Source: Octopus sinensis (taxonomy: Eukaryota). Taken from it: a stretch of DNA of 64,000 bases. Position 1 is the stretch's first letter. Each line of letters opens with the position of its first letter. The DNA lies in the NCBI RefSeq assembly GCF_006345805.1, contig NC_042998.1, forward strand, positions 44,950,001 through 45,014,000. The letters run 5' to 3'. Below the pieces are notes generated by a model. That model was not told the DNA's origin and ran no database searches. It saw only the letters and a list, made by a program, of their open reading frames with translations. A program made the position numbers and the translations under genes. Shown here one piece after another: positions 52,405-64,000 of this stretch.

Positions 52405-52581
52405 ATTATTATATTAATCCTAAGCAGAGAGGAGTTCCACATATATCGCCGTACCATTGGATTATCCCAGGAGATAGAATTAATATGTGGTAGCCAACAA
52501 GAAGCATAGGAGCTTTTACGAATGCATTACGAGTTTTTGCCCAAACTCAAGTGGGTGTATATATATATATATACACCCACA

Positions 52582-53900
52582 CTAAGGTTATGACTTTTTC
52601 GTAGCCTAATAACCCTATTCGATGAATAATTTCATAAAAGTCAGGAAACTAACATTTATTTTGCTTTATTTGAAAAAAACGTCCCCTCAGCCATTTAAGA
52701 AATTGATCACCACTTTTGACCCAAATCATGCAAAATTCTAGGTTGGGGTTCATAACGCCTGTTCAAGTTTTTACCAAACTTGGTGTGCTGACTCAATGCA
52801 ATGCAGAAATAGTATATCTGAAATTTCAGCTTTCTAATTGAAGTAGTTTCGGAGTTATGGGCTTTTTAAACTATAATTACTAGGCGGCACTAATTCACAC
52901 TTCAGTATTTCTGCTGCCTAAATCCTTGTAAACGCAAGAGAGATGTGAAATAAAAGTGTGTTTATACATTTTTAAGATTACTGAATTGAAATTGCTCTAT
53001 TCAAAGGTTCAAAACTAGGCTATTTTAAGACCGAGGCTACTACAAGTATTCGATAACAGGCAAAATTAAAAACAATACATATTTTTAACTTTATAGGTTT
53101 AATTCCAATTTTAAATAACTGTATAAGAAAAAAGGTGCATGTTAGCAAATTTTTAAATATAACAAAGAGTTAATGTTTTGTTAGATAAAACAAATCGAAG
53201 CTTAAGTTTCTCTTTTTTACAAACATCATAAAGATCTTGAAGGCACTTGATTGCCCGTTCTGCACTCTAATTTCTTCTGGAAATTTCCAGTGTTGTTGGT
53301 TCTCGACTCCAAAAGATTTTTACAGAATTCAATCCCTTTTTAATGAACTTGCAAGCTACCACATAACTCCTGATAATTATGTGCATTGAGCATTTGGTCA
53401 GTAAACCAAAAATCTGCCCAGCTGTAAGTAATGAATCGACAAACATTGAGAAGCAAAACTCTTTTCTCTGGTAGAAGAATAAATGCCAAAAGAGCTAGTA
53501 TTCCTCGAGAATTACTTAAGTTGAGCATTTTTTTGAAACTCTACAGTAGGAAATTTGCCGGTTTCTTCAAAGAAACGAAAAACCTCTGGTCAAATGAAAT
53601 AGAAATTTCATGTCATCTCGCCATCCTGCTGATTCAATAATCTTTCCTTTACCATTGTTGAAATTAGCCTGGAGTTTCTCGTAATTACTTAGAAGCTCTG
53701 GGATGAATGTATATTTAATATTGGGAGATGACTTTTTTTTCTCCAAGTTCATTATCCATTACAACACGAAGGACTCTATCAAGGATATGATGCTAACAAC
53801 CAGTAAATGGCGGTTCTTTCAAACCCTTTTGAGCAAACAGTCTTTGCAACAGAATGACAATGCCATTTCTTTTCTTAGTGTTCACTCTCGTTGTATCAGT
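52582..53900 (-). mobile_element. 3' portion of a hAT (hATm-like) DNA transposon
   Basis: Transposase remnant plus ~590 bp of downstream sequence with a subterminal-like gaaatttcagctttctaattg motif. The terminus is not confirmed because the partner TIR is missing. Confidence 0.45.
53170..53900 (-). pseudogene. hATm-like hAT transposase fragment
   Basis: Joined frames read TDTTRVNTKKRNGIV...FTGC*HHILDRVLR...GWRDDMKFLFHLTR...NLSNSR.GILALLAFIL...SAERAIKCLQDL. These match the D, CxxH, ARW and AER motifs of hATm-type hAT transposases. Confidence 0.65.
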
Positions 53901-54030
53901 GGTATTGAGCAGAATAATTGCTGTAAACCCATCTTTTATACCAAGACAAAACAACGTACATGATAACACTTCCAGTCAGTTAAGATCAAAAGTCACGAGA
54001 GCCACTGCCGGTTACTGCTTCAGGACATTT
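53900..54030 (-). mobile_element. Fragment of another interspersed repeat truncating the transposase
   Basis: Transposase homology stops abruptly at 53900. The adjoining segment ends in an (ATT)n tract; family identity is from recollection only. Confidence 0.35.
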
Positions 54031-54043
54031 ATTATTATTATTA

Positions 54044-54100
<57 letters not shown>

Positions 54101-54843
54101 GCGTAGTTGCACATTTCCCATTTACTCCTTCGTGTTTAAACCGGTGCAATAGTTTTCATAAGTCCATTAACGTTTCAACACTTTCTTCACTCCATCATCT
54201 GAATGAAATATCCGTAGTACTGGCATACTGTCATGAAATTTGCGCGCTTTGCAGTAGGTTACGAAGGATTGTGGGCAGCTGCTATAGGTGATGATATCAA
54301 AACGCCAGTTTTAAAATTGTTCAGCGGTTAACTCCTGGCGTATATCTGATAAGATTTTTAGTTTATATTTTACAATCTAAAAAGCTTATATAGTCAATCT
54401 CGTTTTATTTTATTTATTTCTCTTAGTGTATATGTGGTGGGATGTCTGTATAGTACGCAGCGCTATTGAGAAATGTTTTCTTTTTTAATTTTTGCTTCAT
54501 CTGCTGTTTGATTATGTCCTGTTATAGCTTCTTGTAAATGCATAATCAACCACCGGGAAAGTGTTGTATAAGAGTGTCCGATGTAACAGCTTGCGTCATG
54601 AAGTTTACTACTTAAAGGTTTACATCTAGATTTATATATTACATTAGTTGTGCGAAGTATGATTTATGACTGGCAAGTTTGTGGTTTCGTGCTGATGAGA
54701 AAGACCATGGTTATGTGTGGTACATGTTGTGTTCTTTTAATGATCCTTTCATGAAAATTAGGTGCACTTGATCCATGAAAAATATAATACGTGTGGTTTG
54801 CATGTTATTGCAGTGTGCTGAATATGTTGTAATTGTGTAGGTG

Positions 54844-54948
54844 AATTTGTTATATGACTTCGTTATGGGACTTTGTTATAGAATTTATTATAGGACTTCG
54901 TTATAGGACTTTGTTATAGAATTTGTTATTGGACTTGTTATAGGACTT
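54844..54948. repeat. 12-13-bp minisatellite (GTTATAGGACTTT-like) with a 38-bp higher-order period
   Basis: gttat/attat anchors at 54849, 54862, 54875, 54887, 54900, 54913, 54925 and 54937. Confidence 0.85.
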
Positions 54949-55127
54949 CACCTCTTTTGGTATCCATTATTGACTAATGTTTTCTTTACTCGTTAAATTT
55001 CCTTTATTTATAGCTATTGTAGTAGACGAGAATTTAAAGCTTGACTAAGGTGTGACTACAGAGAATTTGTGCTTATAGGGAAACTCACTATCATCGCGTT
55101 TCTATCGGCATATGTTTGCGTGCGTGC

Positions 55128-55172
<45 letters not shown>

Positions 55173-55702
55173 GTGTGTGTGTGTTGTGTGGTGTGTGTGT
55201 GTGTGTGTGTGTGTGTACTTGTTAAAGTACAATATGTGCTGTCCCCTATCCATGTATTTACATCTAGGATTGAGTTGGCGTTGCGGTCTGAATTTGTACT
55301 AGAGACGTGTTGAATTGCAAGTTTAAAGATGAAATTATTTTCGAGAGCTTTTATTTATGTCTATTCGTCTATTCTTCCTTAACTGCCTCTGTGAATATAT
55401 TCATCAATGTGCATGATGCAGATAATGTGGTCTTCATTAAAATTATTTTTTCTTTTTCACGTCAGCTACGTGAAATATCACGAAATTTAGCCAACCCGGC
55501 GAACTCAGTTACTTCGAACCTCGGCACGTACAGATCCTCTAAATAAGCTTTATGTAAGGAATTTTTGTGGGTGAAATAAATAATAATGGGTACTCAATAT
55601 TTACAAGTTTGTAAGTCTAGGAACAGGATAAACTCCACTTCTCTGGCCAGTGTTATCTGGAAGTTCGGAGGCCAAGAACATGACTTTCTTATTATAATAT
55701 AC

Positions 55703-55950
55703 TTTTTACTTTTTACTTGTTTCATTCATTTGACTGTGGCCATGTTAGAGCACCGCCTTTAGTCGAGAAAAATCGACCCTAGAACATATTCTTTGTGAGC
55801 GTAGTACTTATTCTATCGGTATCTTTGGCCGAACCGCTAAGTTACGGGGACGTAAACACACCAGCATCGGTTGTCAAGCGATGTTGGGGGTACAAACACA
55901 GACACACAGACAAATGCACACACATACATACATACATACATATATATATA

Positions 55951-55998
<48 letters not shown>

Positions 55999-56160
55999 GA
56001 CGGATTCTTTCGGTTTCCGTCTACCAAATCCACTCACAAGGCTTTGGTCGGCCCGAGGGTATAGTAGAAGACACTTGCCCAAGGTGCCACGCAGTGGGAC
56101 TGAACTCGGAACCATGTGGTGAGTAAGCAAGCTACTTACCACACAGCCACTCCTACGCCT
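55703..56160 (-). mobile_element. SINE module A, full length, internal (TA)n
   Basis: Head, body and tail are all recognisable. Confidence 0.9.
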
Positions 56161-56263
56161 ATGGGACATCATCGGCAGAGTTTTTTCATATTTTAATTAT
56201 TTAGTGTATATTATGTATGTCTAAATAGACACATAAATGAGTGTGTGTGGTGTGTGTGTGTGT

Positions 56264-56308
<45 letters not shown>

Positions 56309-56771
56309 ATATAGACATATACTTTCCTACTCTAGGCACAAGGCCCGAAATTTTGAGGGAGGGGCCCAGTTGATTAGATCGACCCCAGTACGTAAGTGGT
56401 ACTTAATTTATCGACTCCGAAGAATACATATAGATATATAGGGAGGCGTGTATGTGTTTGCATGTATTATTATAGTTAAGTATTCACGAGCGAGTGTGCG
56501 TGTGTATGTGCGTGTATATATGTTTAGATATATTGTTTATGAAAAAATCCTATTGAGTTCTGTGATGACAATTTCTCTTTTAATCATAAGATGTATGTAA
56601 CTATACATTTAAACTCCTTTCTAAATAAAGGTACATTTCATGTTAAGGCTCTGGTGAAGCTAAAAGATATCGCACAGGTACTCAATTCTACGGGCATATT
56701 TTCTTATAATTGGAACAAGTGTAAGCTAATGAGTGTGATTACGTAATTCCTATTCTTTTGTTATTTATTAA

Positions 56772-56823
<52 letters not shown>

Positions 56824-57115
56824 TATGCACGCGCACGCACCCACACATACACACACACACACACACAACACATGCATACTTTCGATCTATGTTCACGAAC
56901 TGAAAGTGGCAATATTGACATTATGTGGCTAGTCCAGGCGAGCGTATTGAACAGTCATTCAATTTTTTTTTTTTTTTTTTAAACATTTCTTCGAATTCCT
57001 ATGTTATCGATAACGGAGATTACGATTTTGCCAAGGGAAAAAAAACTTAATTTACATCCACCTACTCATTTTTTTTTTATATATATAGCTTTTTTCGAAA
57101 TCTTTTTGTGAGTAC

Positions 57116-57148
<33 letters not shown>

Positions 57149-57384
57149 GTGTGTGTGTGTGTGTGTGTTGTGTGTGTGTGTGTGAATAATACGGAGATTA
57201 GGGATCTGAAAGAAGATTTTTCTCAAAATTTTAATGCCTGTTGCATACGATGATTTTCCTCTTTCCGGCTAGGAACCCTTGTGGTGTTGAATTTCATATG
57301 GGTTTTGCGAGGTTTTTTTGTTTTTTTTTTTTACTCTTTTCCCTGATCGAGTTCTCTGCTACTTGTTGAACTTCCCCTTTCATA

Positions 57385-57518
57385 CTCATATTCACACACT
57401 TATTGCAGCGGTCCTTCAGTTTTTCTAAGCCCCGCAAAAGAACTCGGAAGTTTGGTGCTCCAGCTAGGCCTTTCTTTCGTGATACCCTTAAAGCCAGGAA
57501 CTTTTCAGCACCCCTTTG
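57385..57518 (-). mobile_element. Mariner-derived MITE fragment with one TIR
   Basis: The minus strand reads TA|CAAAGGGGTGCTGAAAAGTTCCTGGCTTT, then [18 protein letters not shown], which resembles a mariner transposase C-terminus. No second TIR was found. Confidence 0.7.
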
Positions 57519-57538
57519 TATGTATGTATGTATGTATG

Positions 57539-57597
<59 letters not shown>

Positions 57598-57621
57598 GTA
57601 GACGGGCGGGCGGACAGACAT

Positions 57622-57717
<96 letters not shown>

Positions 57718-58405
57718 GTAGACGGGCGGACGGGCGGACGGACAGACAGTCAGACAAACAAACAGATGAAGACACACGCATATGCACGCTCACACGCACT
57801 ATGTGGTTATGAACGTGTATGTATGCGCGCGTGTACCTTACTTACCTGTCTATATGTCTGAACGAGTACCTGACCGGTACGCTGGTTTTCTGCTATCTTA
57901 TTCGTCCGCCTGTCCGTCCGTCTGTCAATCTATCTATCTATTTATTCATAACTCCAAAGTCATTGATCTTTCATTGTGTGTGTATATATATATGTTGTGT
58001 ATGTGTGTGTGTGTGTGGTGTGTGTGTGTGTGTGTGTGTGTATTTTCCGTTTTCCTCTGCCTTTCTATATAAGTCAAACAGGTGCAATACCTGCAGGTAA
58101 GAAACAAAACAATGTCTATACACCATAGACTACAGGGGGGATAGGCGGAGGTTGGTGGATGGGCTTTTGGGGAGAATCATCATCATTATTATTATGCATG
58201 ACGTCACAGTCGCCTTCACTTGTTATTTGACAACTATATTTACCTGTATTGAACATAAACCGATACTAGTGTTATATACAATGGTATGTAGATTCGTTAC
58301 GCCATAATTTTTACTTCAACACTCAGCTGAAAGTGGAAACATTTTTCAGAAACCATATCGATAAACATTAAAATAACGTGCTTTTCATTCAGCTCCTTCC
58401 TTCCT

Positions 58406-58437
<32 letters not shown>

Positions 58438-58578
58438 TCGTCCTTCCTGTCTCTCTTTCCTTCTATTCTGTTTTTTTTTTCCTTTGTTGTTTATTTAATG
58501 TTGTTTGTTTCAGGGAATTTTTCTTATTTGTTTAACATTTTTGGTGGTAAAATATTCATTAGTAATCATCATCATAAA

Positions 58579-58614
<36 letters not shown>

Positions 58615-58616
58615 TA

Positions 58617-58665
<49 letters not shown>

Positions 58666-58779
58666 TGTTATTATTATTATTATCATTATTATTATTAATA
58701 ATAAAAGAATTAATTATTAAATAAAAGAATTACTCATTATTATTATTATCATTATTAATATTATTGTTATTATTATTAT

Positions 58780-58823
<44 letters not shown>

Positions 58824-58974
58824 TATTATTATTATCAGCCGCCGAGATCGACTTTGCTTTTCATCAATTCGGGATCGATAAAATAACGAACCAGTTGAAC
58901 ACAAGAATCGATGTAATCGACCCAGCCCCTCCCCCCAATACTGCTGGCCTTGTGCCGTCTCTCTCGGTGTAGAC

Positions 58975-59281
58975 TTGTAAGTCGGAGAGAAGGAAATAAA
59001 AAAAGGCATTTGCTCCTAGTGTTCAGGGAAATCTCGGACAGTGGGGTTTCTTGATTATCACTAGAGGTTTTCTTGTATCAGGAGGGCTACATCTCTGTCA
59101 CCTTCCACCGGCACCACCTGTGTTTTTAACCTTTGTATATATACTATGTATAAATCCTTTCTTTTTCGGTGTATATACCGTGTATATATATTTTTTTCAT
59201 TTCATATGTAAACCTCAACACTTTACGTCTGTCTTTGTATTGCATCCCACTTCAACCTTGCCCTTGTGGCAAATAAATGAA
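58975..59281 (+). mobile_element. Possible L1/Tx1-like LINE 3' UTR ending in a hairpin, AATAAA and (ATT/ATC)n
   Basis: The terminal 60 bp resembles 10480-10536; hairpin TTGCC-CTTGT-GGCAA at 59258-59272. Confidence 0.45.
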
Positions 59282-59284
59282 AGC

Positions 59285-62060
<2,776 letters not shown>

Positions 62061-62778
62061 CCTTCGTGGTCGACGTCATCATTCACTGTCAATGCCGACT
62101 TCTAACAACAACGCCTACACAATATCTGTTGGAATTCACTAAGCACGCTGTCTCTTCATTAAGTGTCATCTCTACTATCGAATTTTTACTTAAGAAATCA
62201 ATGAGAGAAAGAATAAATGAATAAATGAATGCAAGAATAAGTGAATGAATAAATAGATAGATAGATAGAAAGATGGAGAGGTGGGTAGGTGGATAGGTGG
62301 ACCGATTGATGAATGAAGGAGGAAAGGAATAAGTGAGTTCGTGACAAAAGGAATGGAGGAATAGAAGAATGAAGGAATGACAGTTCGTTTCTTATCGTTC
62401 CCTCGAGATCCTGTTGCAGCAAAAATGTATTTTAGAATTCAGTTTAGCTTACAACTAATGTGTGTGTCTGTGTGTGTCTGTGTATGTGTGTGTTTGTGTG
62501 GTGTGTGGTGTATGTGTGTGTGCACGTATGTGTGAGCGTGTATATATAGAATATATAAATCGTTACACGCACACACACCTATATATATACATGTATGCAT
62601 ACATGCATACACATATACATATTTGCATATTTATATGCAAATATGCAAGCATGTGTGTGCACGTGGGTGTATATGTGTGGGGGTGTATATGTGTGGAGGT
62701 GGATATGTCTGTGTATCCGTACATATATGTATGTGTGTGAGTGTACTTCTATAGTATGTATATGTCGTTTCACACACA

Positions 62779-62821
<43 letters not shown>

Positions 62822-63292
62822 CATACACATATTAATTTTTGCATATATATATAAATGCAAATATACAAGTATGTGTGTGCGAGCGTGTGTATGTACGTGT
62901 ATGCATGTGTGTGTGTATGTAAAACAGACTAAGGAGAAAGTGAAATGACATTTTTACGGTTACATCATTAGAGAAGCATCGGCAATTGTTCGAAAAACTT
63001 TACCATAATATTCTTTTGTGCAGTGTTGGCAATTGTGTCCGCGCGCGCGCGCACGAACGCGAAATATCTTTATAGATTTTTTTTTTGCTGCTGTTGTTGT
63101 TTTTACCATTAAATGGACCATGCTTCAATATTAAAATAGTCCCCACGCACACATAAAATACACACACTCCCACACACACACACCGACAAAAACAAGCACC
63201 TGTATATGTATGTATGGAGAGGAACGTATATGTGTATATATTTATGTGTGTCTGTGCATGTTCTGTATTTATGTGCATATATACATACATAC

Positions 63293-63328
<36 letters not shown>

Positions 63329-63386
63329 TTATACTTATGTATATATGCACATGCTTGTAGATAAATGTGTGTATGTATACATAGAA

Positions 63387-63452
<66 letters not shown>

Positions 63453-63482
63453 TAAGCATGTATATGTGTGTATAATTTGTTT

Positions 63483-63843
63483 AGGCGCAGGAGTGGCTGA
63501 GTGGTAAGTAGCTTGCTTACTAGCCACATGGTTCTGAGTTCAGTCCCAATGTGTGTGGCACCTTGGGCAAGTGTCTTCTACTATAGCCTCGGGCCGACCA
63601 AAGCCTTGTAAGTGGATTTGGTAGACGGAAACTGAAAGAAGCCTGTTGTATGTATGTGTGTATTTGTGTGTCTGTGTTTGTCCCCCCTCCTCCTCCATCA
63701 CTTGACAACCGACGTTGGTTCGGCAAAAAATACCGATAGAATTCGTACTAGGCTTACAAAGAATAAGTCCTGGGGTCGATCTGATCGACTAAAGGCGGTG
63801 CTCCAGCATGACCGCTGTCAAATGACTGAAACATATAAAAGAA
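63483..63843 (+). mobile_element. SINE module A with an internal deletion
   Basis: aggcgcaggagtggctg head, ccttgggcaagtg body and ...ggcggtgctccagcatgaccgctgtcaaatgactgaaac tail. Confidence 0.9.
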
Positions 63844-64000
63844 TATATACACACACACACACACATACACACACCGTACATACATACAATGTATATTTTA
63901 TATATATATGTATATATATATAAATATAGGGATGGCATTATTAAAATACCATCACAATATATATACATATATACATATACGTGTGTGTGTGTGTGTGTGT

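Overview
This is AT-rich eukaryotic non-coding DNA, either intergenic or deep intronic. It is not prokaryotic, and I found no CRISPR array, rRNA gene or intact protein-coding gene. The extreme microsatellite load and the tRNA-headed SINE families point to an octopod cephalopod (Octopus-like); that is an inference from recalled repeat families, not a database search. Almost every ORF in the supplied track is a translated microsatellite. Recognisable coding remnants are a decayed full-length Tigger/pogo transposon (17819-20110, minus), a hATm-like hAT transposase fragment (53170-53900, minus), a CR1/L2-type LINE C-terminus (35139-35309), an L1/Tx1-like LINE C-terminus (10153-10293) and a mariner end (57385-57518). 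Several MITEs have readable TIRs and TSDs (Tc1/mariner, Tc2-like, Merlin-like, hAT, piggyBac-like). There are dozens of SINE copies from at least five modules. The strongest observations are: (1) two degenerate Penelope-type minimal hammerhead ribozyme motifs facing each other across a (TA)n tract at 2101-2507; (2) a 3' stem-loop with a CUUGU-type loop and a covarying stem, shared by SINE tails and Tx1-like LINE ends; (3) head-to-tail SINE concatemers and head/tail module swapping; (4) a MITE carrying telomeric repeats and a G4 motif; (5) a 478-bp spacerless palindrome that may be an assembly artefact; (6) a candidate 15/23-nt microexon. Coordinates were counted by hand, and the edges of degenerate repeats are approximate. 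SINE module names A-F are my own labels.
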